A stretch of DNA of 64,000 bases from Curvularia clavata (taxonomy: Eukaryota): the NCBI GenBank assembly GCA_023920165.1, contig CP089279.1, positions 2,294,001 to 2,358,000 on the forward strand. Direction: 5' to 3'. A model generated the notes under the pieces. It was not told the DNA's origin, did not search any database, and worked only from the letters and a program-made list of their open reading frames with translations. Positions 10,574-22,009 of this stretch are shown here, piece after piece. Every line of letters begins with the position of its first letter. Position 1 is the first letter of the stretch. The position numbers and the translations under genes were made by a program.

Positions 10574-13500
10574 ATGGATAGAAGAGTTAGCTTGAATGAG
10601 CTTATCCGGTCTTCGGGCTTGACGCCGCTCGGCCAGCGCCAAGCCATCCTGCCCGCCCCAACCCAGCCTGCCATTGTTGCCAGCGAGGACGACCACGCAC
10701 AAGCGCGAAACATACTGCTTGAACGCAGAGCAAAGACGCCGGAAAGCAAAAACGTGCTCAAGAGCATCTTCAAGAGTTCTAAAGACAAGGACAAATCCCA
10801 CGATGCCACCCAATTCTCCCAGGAAGAGCTGGATCAGGCCTTGTCCACTGTCATTCGCGAACCAACAACAGGACCCGGCTTAATTCAAGCCTTCCTTAGC
10901 CTTGGTGCTAAAGTCAATGTCATTGAGACGCTCGAAAAGAAGAAGAAACCGGGAGCCCAGGCCAACACATCGTTGCGACGCCGGAGCACTGTCTTGCAGC
11001 AGGCGGCTAGTCTGCGAAAGGCAGATGGCGTTAACATCCTTGCCAGTTCCGGTGCAGACCAGACGACCTTGGACGAAGCACTGAAAGCTGCCCTTAATGC
11101 AAACGATCAGGCATGCATCACAGAGCTGCTGAGGCATGGTGCCAATCTCAACAACTTCCCCAATGCCTTGGCCAATGCTGTGCGGTCAAACGATCTGAAT
11201 CTTGTTCGGCTGCTGTTGCGAGCACCAAAACCGCTCCGTCCTGACATCATATCATCTTGTCTACCTGCTGCGGTTCAACAGACCTCTGATGCAATTATAT
11301 CTCTACTAATAACATATGGCGCCGATCCAAACTTCGACTCAGCAAGTGCCCTTAATATGGCGATTGGAAGACAGCATTACAAGCTTGCCATCGCTCTGGT
11401 TGCTGGTCCCATTCCCCTGACTCCATCGAACCTGCAGCATTCGCTTGACACAACCATGAGGTTGCCTACACGCCAGGCGACTCTGCAATTCCTTCAGCTT
11501 CTTTTCTGCTGTGGGCTACCTCCCGACAGTCGAGGCTTGTCTGATTTTCTCATCTGTGTTGTGCGTGGCAACGACACTGCCGGTGCGAGAATGATGATAA
11601 GCTATGGAGTTTCAACAGCCACAAACGAAGCAGAGTGTTTGCGAGAGGCTCTGGCGAATTCGAACTGGATTCTGGTCGATGCCATCCTTCAGACGCCAGT
11701 GGCTCAGCAGCACGCAGCCGCCGCCCTGGCTGCATTGCCACGTAATATGCCACAGGCTGATAGATTCCGTGTAGTCAGCGCATTACTACAAAAAGGTGTA
11801 AAAGGCCGGCCACTTGGACCACTGCTTACTCAAGTGACCAAAGAACGAGACTACCAGATGATGGAGCTTCTTCTTGGAGCCGAAGCGCCAGTCAATTCAG
11901 GCGATGGCGGAGCTCTGCGGGTTGCCGTATTGAACAAGGATCTACCAGGTCTCAAGTTGCTTCTTAACACACGTCCATCTCCAGAATTCTTGTCAGAACT
12001 CTTCAGACTCTTCCAAAACGGATTCTCGTCATCTGAACGACGTGAAATCTCTCGTTTGCTGCTCGAGTATGGGGCACGTGGTCCAGGGGTAGACCATGCT
12101 CTCGTCGAGGCGATTGCGGATACCTCTGCACGAGATGGAGCCCTTGTAACCGACCTCATCCGAAGAGGTGCAAGCGTTGATTACGACAACGGCAGAGTGT
12201 TTTCTCTGGCGGTTGCCCAAGCCGACATGTCCCTCTTGCGTTTGCTTTGCAACGCAAGACCGAAACCTTCATCAACTTCGGCAGCCTTGCCTCTCGCATT
12301 TGAGTCACACGCTGGAAGACATGCGAAAACGTTTGAGATCATCGACTTGTTGCTGAGCCATGGGGTTGAAGATGAGCCAGCCAGTCGAACGTTGCAGCTC
12401 GCCATCAAAGGTGGCCCTGGTAATATCGACATTGTCGAACGTATACTTGCTGCAAGTCCCAATCTGCTCAGTACCGCTTTCAAATATGCCACTGCGCTCG
12501 AAGACCCTCAAAAGAAAGCCCCTATCCTGGACGCGCTTCTGAAGCTTGGAGTACCCCAGGAGTCCTTGGACCAGGCTCTTGCTGCTGAAACACGGCACGC
12601 TGTCTCAACTAAGGATACCACGAGTACTAAGCTGTTGTTAGGACAAGGTGCTTCTGTGAGTCACAATGATGGCGAGGCTTTGAGTATTGCAGTGGCTTCG
12701 GGAGACAGCTCGCTAACAGCATTGCTTCTCAGTGGGAAACACCAAGCATCGCGATCTAGTCTTACTCGAGCATTTCGGACACTATTTACAGAAAACAGAC
12801 TTTCTCTTGCCGGGAACAAAGAGCGTGCCCATCAATTATCGCAAGAGCTTCTCAATCGGGGTGTCGACAAACCCGCAGTTGACGATGCTCTGCATGCAGT
12901 TCTCAGCAGTGAGCATGATGTCAGTCACACCGAACCCCTAGTCGATCTTTTGCTTTCCCATAAAGCCGATGTCAACACAGCAGATGGCGCTTGCTTCGTA
13001 CTTGCAGCGCAAAAGCACAGCCAGACCATTTTTGAGAAGCTCATGCTTCAAAATCCCAGATTCAACGTCGTTGTCCCAGCCTTATTAAGCTCCAAACTGC
13101 AAGACGAAGTAGTCGTTTCGGCAATACAATCATGTTTCGATCATGGATGCACACTTGATGAAACGGCAATCGGACATAACAAGACCCCGATTCTGATCAC
13201 TGCTATGTCCGTTTATCCACGCAATGCTGCTCTCGTCACGCTTCTCCTCAATCATAGTCTTGATCCGGATGCATCGGTTAAGGCGGTGCTCCATCCATCC
13301 GCTGCCCCGGAGACTGTTTCGGCACTTTACTGGGCACTCTGCCAACCCCAAAAGCGTATCTCCGATGCCGTTATTACCGCCCTGATGGAAGCTGGTGCTT
13401 CTGTGAGCCACATGTCACCTTCCTCGGAGACGACAGTGCTTATGCTTGCCGCACGCGAGGGTCGCCATGGAATCATCACTTCCTTGCTAGAGCGGGGTCC

Positions 13501-14656
13501 GGATGTTGATGCCCGAGACGTCTGGAATAAGTCAGCACTGTTCTACGCTAGTGGCAACGTGTCTGGGGAAACCGTAGTGAAAACACTAGCCCCGCATACT
13601 CTAGGAAACGACGGGAGCATACACGAGTCAGCTCGAGTGTTGAACGTGGAGGCTGTCAAAACCCTGCTCGAACATGGTCACGACCCGAACTTCCCGTCTC
13701 GACTGCACGGCGGCAGAAATGCTCTCGGAGAACTTTGTCTCAACGCTACCATCACGTCTCCCGTCCATGGCTCACGACTCCGTCAAGTGATCCGCCTCTT
13801 ACTATCCCACGGAGCAAACGCCAAATTCCGTGCTCGAAACGAGAAATCATGCGTCCTCCTTGCTCTCGACAATGCCTACAGCGCGTTGCCCATTGCAGAA
13901 ATCTTGCTGGAAACAGACATATGGAAAGAAATCAACGACGAAGCACACATGTACAATGACACCTCCTCCGGCCTGAACTACTCTCCATACTCTTACGTCG
14001 AACTACTACCCACGCCCTCACGCGCACCCATACGCAGCGCACTCCTTGACCTCCTCCGCGACAAATCCTGCCTGCCAGTATACTATTCATCCACCTCTCC
14101 CCTGCAACCCACCGGCGCCACCGGGATCCCACCCTCCCTCGCCAAACTCGTCGACAAGCAAAAAGAGCACGACCTGAGCATCCGCCACGAAAAAGAAAAA
14201 TTCGAACACTCGCGCTCCATGCAAGAAACCAGCCACAAGGACGCCTTGCGCCGTAAATCAGAAGCTCTCGACGCCGATCTCGCCCTCCAGACAAAAGCAA
14301 CAAAGCACCACACCGCCCTCGAAAAGCAGAAACACGAGTTCGAAGTCCAGCGTCTCCGAGAAGCGGAATTCACGCGCCGCCAGGAGAAGGCGGCTTGGCA
14401 TGCGCTGCTTGTCGAGCAGGAGCGCGACGCAGCGGCCAGGCGGCAGGAGATGGAGGAGAGGAAAGTACGCGAGGCGATGAACGCTGAGCAGAAGATGATT
14501 GAGCAGCGGAAGTTGGAAGTAGAGCATAGGGCGAATGTGGAGCGTAAGATGCTCAAGGAGAAGGAGGAGTTTTTTGAAAGGAATGTTAAAAGGCAGAAGG
14601 AGATTAGGCAGATTGAGGGCGGGAGCAGCGTGCCACAGTGGGGGACGGTGGATTAG
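10574..14656 (+). CDS. Large ankyrin-repeat protein with a C-terminal charged coiled coil (1360 aa)
   Basis: Many degenerate ankyrin repeats (LLRHGAN, LITYGADPN, LLGQGASV, LLSHKADVN, LLEHGHDPN). E/K/R-rich helical tail. Intronless. Confidence 0.9.
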   Translation: MDRRVSLNELIRSSGLTPLGQRQAILPAPTQPAIVASEDDHAQARNILLERRAKTPESKNVLKSIFKSSKDKDKSHDATQFSQEELDQALSTVIREPTTGPGLIQAFLSLGAKVNVIETLEKKKKPGAQANTSLRRRSTVLQQAASLRKADGVNILASSGADQTTLDEALKAALNANDQACITELLRHGANLNNFPNALANAVRSNDLNLVRLLLRAPKPLRPDIISSCLPAAVQQTSDAIISLLITYGADPNFDSASALNMAIGRQHYKLAIALVAGPIPLTPSNLQHSLDTTMRLPTRQATLQFLQLLFCCGLPPDSRGLSDFLICVVRGNDTAGARMMISYGVSTATNEAECLREALANSNWILVDAILQTPVAQQHAAAALAALPRNMPQADRFRVVSALLQKGVKGRPLGPLLTQVTKERDYQMMELLLGAEAPVNSGDGGALRVAVLNKDLPGLKLLLNTRPSPEFLSELFRLFQNGFSSSERREISRLLLEYGARGPGVDHALVEAIADTSARDGALVTDLIRRGASVDYDNGRVFSLAVAQADMSLLRLLCNARPKPSSTSAALPLAFESHAGRHAKTFEIIDLLLSHGVEDEPASRTLQLAIKGGPGNIDIVERILAASPNLLSTAFKYATALEDPQKKAPILDALLKLGVPQESLDQALAAETRHAVSTKDTTSTKLLLGQGASVSHNDGEALSIAVASGDSSLTALLLSGKHQASRSSLTRAFRTLFTENRLSLAGNKERAHQLSQELLNRGVDKPAVDDALHAVLSSEHDVSHTEPLVDLLLSHKADVNTADGACFVLAAQKHSQTIFEKLMLQNPRFNVVVPALLSSKLQDEVVVSAIQSCFDHGCTLDETAIGHNKTPILITAMSVYPRNAALVTLLLNHSLDPDASVKAVLHPSAAPETVSALYWALCQPQKRISDAVITALMEAGASVSHMSPSSETTVLMLAAREGRHGIITSLLERGPDVDARDVWNKSALFYASGNVSGETVVKTLAPHTLGNDGSIHESARVLNVEAVKTLLEHGHDPNFPSRLHGGRNALGELCLNATITSPVHGSRLRQVIRLLLSHGANAKFRARNEKSCVLLALDNAYSALPIAEILLETDIWKEINDEAHMYNDTSSGLNYSPYSYVELLPTPSRAPIRSALLDLLRDKSCLPVYYSSTSPLQPTGATGIPPSLAKLVDKQKEHDLSIRHEKEKFEHSRSMQETSHKDALRRKSEALDADLALQTKATKHHTALEKQKHEFEVQRLREAEFTRRQEKAAWHALLVEQERDAAARRQEMEERKVREAMNAEQKMIEQRKLEVEHRANVERKMLKEKEEFFERNVKRQKEIRQIEGGSSVPQWGTVD

Positions 14657-15036
14657 AGGGAGAGCAAGTGAGAAAATGGGCTGGGGAGTTTATGGATCTT
14701 TGATGTTTTCTAGAAAGGAAAGTCTACAAGTTGGATATAACTATAGCAGACTGCATAGGAAAAACAAGACACTGGCATACTTTTTTGTCTTTGATAATTC
14801 TTTTCATTGATATCGTGATATTTCGAACGGCTGAGCTTTGCGACAGATAATGCTAGCTACAAAGCCAAAGTGCGATGGGTATCTTTCCTGCGCAGCACAG
14901 CGCAGCGTAACAAAATTTCAAACCAGACCCAATAGAAAACGCCATTTTTGCTACAAGGATGGGGGAAAGTAACCCCCCCTGATGCAGATTCCGAACACAG
15001 GTCTAAATGCCCATCTTCAACCCCCACAAACATGGA

Positions 15037-18000
15037 CTAGTTCCAAGCCGCATCCTCGTCCTCTCGGATCGAGGACATGAACATGAATTCCTCCTCTGCT
15101 TGCTCCAAAGCAACCTTGTGGCTGTGCGCGCGTTCCTCCCAGCCAAGGCTGATATGAGATAGTTCAAGGGCCGTCATCTTGGGTCGGCCAGCGTGAGGAA
15201 TGTGATACGTCAAGTTAGATTCGCTGGGAGCAGGGCTAGATGTTCTCGAGGATGCATCGATATCTTCAGCATCATCGTCTGTGAGCCAGGCCAATTCGAG
15301 CACGTCAAGACCGGCTAGTGACACCTTGTGTGTGGTATCACGTCGAGCGTGTTCCATGGTGCCGAAAATCTCCCTAATGTTTCGGTCAAAGGACTCCTTG
15401 TTCTCGCGCTCGCGCAGCCAGTGGTTTTCATTCTGCAGAGCGTCAATGAATGTCTTGACTCCGCCTGGAATGCTTCGTGGATCAGCAGCTTGCTGAGGCT
15501 GCTCAACTGGTGCGGTGTTGTTTTCTGTAGTTGGCTCGGCGTCGTGATGTTTAGACTCGTCGACATTGGCCAGACGCTCCTTGAGAGCCTCAAGGTCCAA
15601 CGCTTGTGCTCTGTTCTCTTCTTGGAGTTGAACAATCTGATCGTGACACTTCGCAAGCTCCTCCTGTAAAGCCTCAACACCCTCTGTCTTACTAGCAGCA
15701 TCCCGGATCTTAGCCGACAGGTGCTCAATTTCAAGTTCCTTTGTAGCAATGACTTGCTCACGTTCGTGGATTTTAAGAACAGTAGCACGGTGCTCTGCAG
15801 TAAGGACTTGCAGTTGGCGCACTGCCTCGTCGTCCTTCTTCCGTGCTGCCTCGACTTCCTTGGCCTTCTGAGACCACGGTGTAGGTCCATGTTCGATCTC
15901 AACATTGTTTGAGAGCACCGAGGCATGGTCAGTCCAGTGCCGCAAGCTAGACGTGAGACTATTCAAACCAGCTGTGACAAAGATGGAGCTCTGCTTCGAA
16001 TCCAGGTCGTCTATCGAAGCCTTGATGGCGGCCATATCACTTTCAGAGAGCGATTCTGGATCCGAGAGGCTCACACACTTTGTCACCTCCTCAATGAGAC
16101 TTCGAGTAAAGCCAGCAATGCCATCTGCAGCCTGTGCTAATACATCGTCAAACCGAATGGCCTCGTCCAGGCCACCTGGAAGACGTGGATACATGTTGTC
16201 TGCAGCTAGGTTTTCCACGGTTCGTAGCAACTTGGTCGCAGCTGCAAGCGCACCTTGCGTGGTCTCCATTGGCGACTTGAAATGCTCGGGAGCGTACTCG
16301 CACTCTTCCAGTACGTTCTCAGGAAGTTTTTGGAGAGTAAAAGCAGCAAGGTCGTACATGTAGGCGATGTAGTCAAGACGAGCGTGGATAGAAGTAATTC
16401 TGGACACCAGCTCGCCTTCCGGTCGCTCAGCCAAGACATCCTGGTGGCTGGATAAGATTGCTTCCTGTGTCTTAGTGGAGCGCTGAAGGGACCCGGCGAA
16501 ATCCTCAAAATTGACCGTGTCTGCCTTCAGGGCATTGAGTCCTTGGTCAAGAACCTGCTCCACAGTGATCAACTCCTGGTAGGTTGGGCCGATATTTGCA
16601 AACTCAGCCAGAGTCAGGCTACGAATAGCAGACCAAAGGCGGCTGTTACCATCTTTGACAATCTCCAGGTGACTGATGGACTGGCCACAAGCAAGTCGGG
16701 TCAAAGCATCGTCGATTCGGCCTCCTTGACTCATCTGGCGGTTGGTGCTCCTCAACACGTTCATGAGTAGTTCTGATTTGCCAACGATTCTCTCTGCGGT
16801 GAGGTAGGCCTGGAGAGACTCGCTGCGAGTGAACTCCTTTGACTCTGTCTCGTTCCAAATCTCGAGTTTCTCTGCAAGCTGATCAGCCTTGAGTGAAATC
16901 AGCGAGGCCTCAATTTCTCGCGTGGTAGACAAGACGGTGGCTGCGCGGAGTTGTCGGTTCAGATCCATGACTTGGTTGAATCGCCCAGTAGTGTCCTTCA
17001 CTTGGGCTTCGGTCAAATTCTTGGAGGACTCGGCGTCTGCCATCTTTGTCTGAAGGTCCATGACAAGGTCTCGGAACTTGTTGATGAGAGATTCATTATC
17101 AGCAATGATAGCAGCTTGCTCTGCAATCACTCGTGCTTGTTCTGCAAGCTCGCTGTCCTTGGCCTCAATCTCAGCCAGCATCTCCTCTTCTTGTTCAAGA
17201 TGCTGCACCTCAAGCTCGTCATTGAGCTCGCGTAGGTTTTCGAGATCCTGGACTACCATCTCTTGCTCTGCAATTCTGTCTTGCAGGTTTTGATTTTGAT
17301 GACTCAACTCTCCCACCATATCCTCCCATTCGTTGGCAGCGTCAAGTTGCTGCTTCAAATGCTCAACAAGGGCATCTGACTCGGTAACACGTTCCTGGAG
17401 CGTAGTATTTTCCTGCTCCAGGCGCTCGAGCTGCGTAAGATCGGCTTCCAGGCTCGCAATCCTCGCTTTCTGGTCCTGCTCTCTCTCTTCTGTCATCTCT
17501 TTGAGAGTGATGAGCGCATTTCTCAAGCGATCATTTTCATGTTGCAAACGGTAATAGCCAGCCTCCTGTTTCTGCTCCTCGGACATCTCTGTAGTAAACA
17601 ACTCAGCTTCTTCTCGGAGAATGTCAAGCTCGAGGCTCTGCTCTTCTACCCGCTTGCGCAAAGACTCCAATTCTGATTCTGCTTGATCTGCCCGCTCTTC
17701 TGCCATTTCCTTGTCAACCAACGCATCCTCCAGGTCGACTTCATGATCCTGATGGGCCCTGGTGAGAGCCTCGTTGTCCTGCTGAAGCGTCTTCATTGCA
17801 TCCTTCATTTCTTGCATCTCACTATATTGAGACTGGCACTTGGCCTGAATCTTCTGTATGATGCCATTGAATCGATCCCGCTCATCCTTGACCTGTGTCA
17901 ATTCCCTGAGTCTCTCTTGGTCCTCCGCATGCTGTTTTTCTAAATGCCGAATCTTTGTCTGAAGGGTTTCTATGTTGGCATCTCGAGCTGCTTTTGCTGC

Positions 18001-18531
18001 AGGATTGCTGCTGACTGACGACGTGAGACTTGGTCGGGATGGTGCTGGAGCAGTACGGGAGCTCTCTGTGGGTGTATTGCTGGCAACGCTTGCAACACTA
18101 GCTTTGCGAGTGGGTCCGCGAAGGGTGGAGGGGGGTGGAGGAGCTGCAACAGACTGTCGCTTGGCTGCTGGAGGTGGTCTGGCAGCAGCAGCAGCACTGG
18201 GTCTTGATGCTACAACGCTTGAAGGTCGAGCTCTAGGCGTAGTTGTCGGGGGTTTCGGTTTCGGAGCGGCTGCTTTAGGGGTCGAAGGCGGAGGCGGTGC
18301 TGGTTGTGATAATATAGCTGCAATACTTGAATCACGTATAAACAATCCGTGGCCTGGAGGGCATGTGAAGTAGCGCTCTCCTCGCACGGATCCATCGTTT
18401 TTTCCAGTAGGCGTAGGGAGCTCTATGCCCACGAATGTGCCATCGGATACGTGGATAGGTCCCACATATCGAACTACTCCTTGCTGCTCGCTGGTTGTTT
18501 CGACCGTTTGGCCGACCCTGATTGTAGCCAT
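15037..18531 (-). CDS. Dynactin p150(Glued)-like subunit (CAP-Gly, coiled coil, dynactin domain)
   Basis: N-terminal CAP-Gly GKNDGSVRGERYF, basic P/S-rich linker, coiled coil with DKEMAEE and LNDELE. 1164 aa, intronless. Confidence 0.9.
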   Translation of the reverse strand: MATIRVGQTVETTSEQQGVVRYVGPIHVSDGTFVGIELPTPTGKNDGSVRGERYFTCPPGHGLFIRDSSIAAILSQPAPPPPSTPKAAAPKPKPPTTTPRARPSSVVASRPSAAAAARPPPAAKRQSVAAPPPPSTLRGPTRKASVASVASNTPTESSRTAPAPSRPSLTSSVSSNPAAKAARDANIETLQTKIRHLEKQHAEDQERLRELTQVKDERDRFNGIIQKIQAKCQSQYSEMQEMKDAMKTLQQDNEALTRAHQDHEVDLEDALVDKEMAEERADQAESELESLRKRVEEQSLELDILREEAELFTTEMSEEQKQEAGYYRLQHENDRLRNALITLKEMTEEREQDQKARIASLEADLTQLERLEQENTTLQERVTESDALVEHLKQQLDAANEWEDMVGELSHQNQNLQDRIAEQEMVVQDLENLRELNDELEVQHLEQEEEMLAEIEAKDSELAEQARVIAEQAAIIADNESLINKFRDLVMDLQTKMADAESSKNLTEAQVKDTTGRFNQVMDLNRQLRAATVLSTTREIEASLISLKADQLAEKLEIWNETESKEFTRSESLQAYLTAERIVGKSELLMNVLRSTNRQMSQGGRIDDALTRLACGQSISHLEIVKDGNSRLWSAIRSLTLAEFANIGPTYQELITVEQVLDQGLNALKADTVNFEDFAGSLQRSTKTQEAILSSHQDVLAERPEGELVSRITSIHARLDYIAYMYDLAAFTLQKLPENVLEECEYAPEHFKSPMETTQGALAAATKLLRTVENLAADNMYPRLPGGLDEAIRFDDVLAQAADGIAGFTRSLIEEVTKCVSLSDPESLSESDMAAIKASIDDLDSKQSSIFVTAGLNSLTSSLRHWTDHASVLSNNVEIEHGPTPWSQKAKEVEAARKKDDEAVRQLQVLTAEHRATVLKIHEREQVIATKELEIEHLSAKIRDAASKTEGVEALQEELAKCHDQIVQLQEENRAQALDLEALKERLANVDESKHHDAEPTTENNTAPVEQPQQAADPRSIPGGVKTFIDALQNENHWLRERENKESFDRNIREIFGTMEHARRDTTHKVSLAGLDVLELAWLTDDDAEDIDASSRTSSPAPSESNLTYHIPHAGRPKMTALELSHISLGWEERAHSHKVALEQAEEEFMFMSSIREDEDAAWN

Positions 18532-19204
18532 AGCTCCTAGGAGCTAGTCCAGAATACCGCCGGGGATATACAGAGGAGTATGTGTAGAATAGCTTGCGGT
18601 ATGAAGCACCCACGACGCGTCGGGTGCTCGGTGCGGGCAGTACGAAGTGCAATTGTGGTCAATTGACTTTACAAAAACGAGGGTATGAAACCAGTAGAAC
18701 TCGAAATGCAGAAAGGCACAGCAAGCAAATTAAAGAGCGTGCAGTTGTGGCCTGCAGCATTTGGCGGCTGCCGATGCGATGCGTGCGTGTATAAAGACAG
18801 AAGGGTCCAGGACGGAGCATCCATGAGACTCCCGCGGAAGTCTTGTCTTGGCGCGGCGATGGTTCGCAAACTGTGCGGGCGATGGCTTGGGCGAGTAGCT
18901 CTGGGTTGCAGCAGTCGCAGCCGACGCTACACGTCAAGCAATCCTGACATGTTACGTCCCATAGTTAGTCACAGCAAAAGTATTGTTTGCTTCATCTGGC
19001 CAGTCTGTTCTTGATACAGTGTAGAAGCAACAAACTTATGCAATAGCAAGCCAGGGGCACAGTCCACCACCACTCATTGTATACAACAACAGCAAATGGC
19101 GCATTCTATGATTATGCATACATGCCTTACCAAGTAAATGCGCTGCACTCATCGTACAAAAAACCTTCCCTACTACTACTAGTATCCAAAGTCTCCTGCC
19201 CCAA

Positions 19205-21582
19205 TTACGAAGCCTCCAGCTCTCTGATCCTCTGCTCAATATCTGGAACAGCTCTAAGCTGCAGATCGATATCCTCCTTCTCACTGCGCACACGTTAGCA
19301 CCTACCCATACCAAATCAAAGCAAGCGCAGAATGGAAAATGCTCAAAGCAAGGGAAAAAAAGGGCAACTTACTCCTCCAGTACTGCCCTCCTCTCGGCAT
19401 CCAGACCACCAAAATAAAATCCTCCCTGTCCATCAAATTGCAGGATACGACAGTGGTACTTCCACAGACTACGCCTGTGCGACACAGTCATGAGTGTGAT
19501 ACCCAGTTTCTTCGCTTCTTCGTACATGACCCTCTCTACCTCGAGCGTCACGCTGCTGGTGCACTCGTCTAGAATCGCATACCGCGGCTTGTGATAGAAC
19601 AGCCTAGCCATGGCAACGCGCTGCTGCAGGCCTCCTGAAAGCACATCTTCCCATTGGGCCTCTGCGTCAAAGCCGCCGGGGCGGTCAACCAGTGATTCGA
19701 GGTTGAGGGTGGCAAGTACGGCGAGGAGATCGTTGTCAGTGATGGATTTGGAATGCATGTCGTGGAGAGAGTCCGGGTAGATGATCTGCTGACGGAGGGT
19801 ACCGCGAGATAGATATGGTCGCTGCGGAATGTAGAAGATGTCTTCGAATGGTGGTTTTCGTACTCGGCCGCCGTATACAGGCCACAGGCCGCCGAGGATG
19901 CGGAAGAGACTGCTCTTGCCGCATCCGTTGGGGCCGACGATGAGGAGATGGTCGCCGGGTCTCACGTGGAAGGATAGTGCACGCACGAGAACATCGCCGT
20001 TAGGAGAGACGATGGGTACGTCGACAAATTCGATATCTTCGCCTTCGGTTACCGTACCGCGGCCTCGCAAGACAGCAGCGTTTTCTTCGGTGTCAGCAGA
20101 GGAGACGAGTTTCTTTTCGAAGTGGCCAGCCTGGATATCGTCGATAACGTCGAGAAGAGTAGAGACACGCGAGGTGTAGCCTGCGAGTTCGGTAATTTCC
20201 TTGTACGAGAACATGACACGCCCGAATGCGTCGCTAGACATCAGAAGCATGCGGCGGTTTGTTACGAAATCTGTCGTTGTTCTCATCAGTAAACCAAATC
20301 TTAAATGTGTTCAAGAACAGGAATGCGCCAACGGTGTACATACTCTCGGTGCGATCACCCATAGTCATGCTGCCCGTTCCAGGAACCTTGAAGAAGACTG
20401 GTACACTGCACAGCATCAAGCCCAAAGCGCCCCAGAAGTACTTGATCACAAAGTCTTCCATGATTCCATGGTAGAATCGCCGTCTTAATATCCGGTTGAC
20501 GTGTTTGATCAGTGTAAAATAGCCCTTGTCGAGCGTGTCCTTCTCCGCCTCATGTCCGGCGTAGAGTGCCACCTCCTCACTCCAATCAATCAGCCTCGAA
20601 TGCTGGAATCTGAATTCTCCTTCTAATCTCGCCTCATCTGCCACGTACTTGCCAAACGGCGGGGTCAGTGCCCTCATGACGTTTGCTGATATCTGAACCA
20701 AGAGGGACATGAAGAATAGACCTTCGCCGCCAACGCTCCTTGAAAGCGAGTAGTTGTAGATTATAATGTCGAGAACAGGTTTCGCAAGGTTTGAATACAG
20801 TTCGGCAAGGGAGTTTGAGAACTTAGCCACGTCGACAGTGATAAGTTGGTCGGCGTTTGCGATTCGGTCATCCAGGGCACTGAGCGTGTAAAAGGTCATT
20901 TGCGAGAGATACTTGGAATGGATGTAGTTGGTGAGGCGAGTCCGGTATTGAAGGGAGAGTTTGCACTGGTGGTACGACAGCTGTTTCTGTTAGCAAGTCC
21001 TCGAGGCACCCATCGACTATCCTTCGTTCCGTGTTTTTCATACCCAAGAGCACGCTTCTTACATACCATACTGTTCGTAAATGTCGCCGGTACCGCAACC
21101 GCCATCCACCACACCAAGCCCATCAGAAACTCCCGTCCCTTTCCTCTCACAAGAGCACTAACCAATCGCCCATCCAACTCAGCCACATACAAACTAATCA
21201 TTGTCCTGAGCACTAGAAACACACTATGCCCAATGACGAGCCTGAACTCCTTGCTCTTCCATCCAGGTATACATATCCTCAGGAGCCGTAGCAAATTCTT
21301 AAAAAACTCGCGATTCAGCTCGACTTTCTTCCTGCCGGTCGCCTCGCCTTCGCCTGCCGCCGTCTTGTCCGCTGCCTTGGACGCCCGGCGCAAAGCAGCA
21401 GCTTTCTGCTCGGCGATTGCATTCCGGATGCGGTTTATGAGCGCAACGAACAGAGTGAGGTAGACGGCGCGCGATATTCCTGTTCGGTGCTGCAGGTAGA
21501 GCCGCGTGAGGTCGGATACGAGGGCTTTGGCCGAGGCGCTGTTGAAGCGATGGGAAGATATGGGTTTAGAAAAGACGGCCAT
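19205..21582 (-). CDS. Peroxisomal ABCD half-transporter (Pxa1/Pxa2-like, fatty acyl-CoA import)
   Basis: ABC_membrane_2 motifs ([18 protein letters not shown]). Walker [25 protein letters not shown]. 4 exons; the last ends ...RELEAS* at 19205. Confidence 0.95.
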
Positions 21583-21843
21583 GACTATCGTAGGGGAGGC
21601 ATTGGTGGTGTGAACGGGTAGCTGCCGTACGCGCGCTGCGATGACGCGCTCAAGGCGGGGAGTTTTGGAACGATGGATCTGTCGATGCGAGTTGCCGTAT
21701 CACTTGTACGCCCAGAGATGCAGCCTGCCTTTGCGCAGGATACCGGTACAGGTTGTGTATCGGGAGTATGCTGTAAAGTGTGGATTTGCAGGATTAGTGT
21801 CTCGTGAGAGGACGTCGGTGTCACACATGCATGTGAACCAGTG

Positions 21844-21849
21844 CCTCGG
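21844..21849 (+). promoter_or_regulatory. CCTCGG, putative FarA/FarB (Ctf1) fatty-acid response element
   Basis: Exact hexamer about 260 bp upstream of the ABCD transporter ATG. Confidence 0.4.
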
Positions 21850-22009
21850 CTACCCCACAAAAACGTAAGCTGGGGAAGGCAAGCTTTCACATGAACGGCT
21901 GGAGTCTGGAGGAGCCGCAGACCCACACCTAATTACACTGCACATCACCACATTCACATCCTTTTGAGTACCCTAGTACAACATCAACTATTACAACTGC
22001 TCAGACTAT

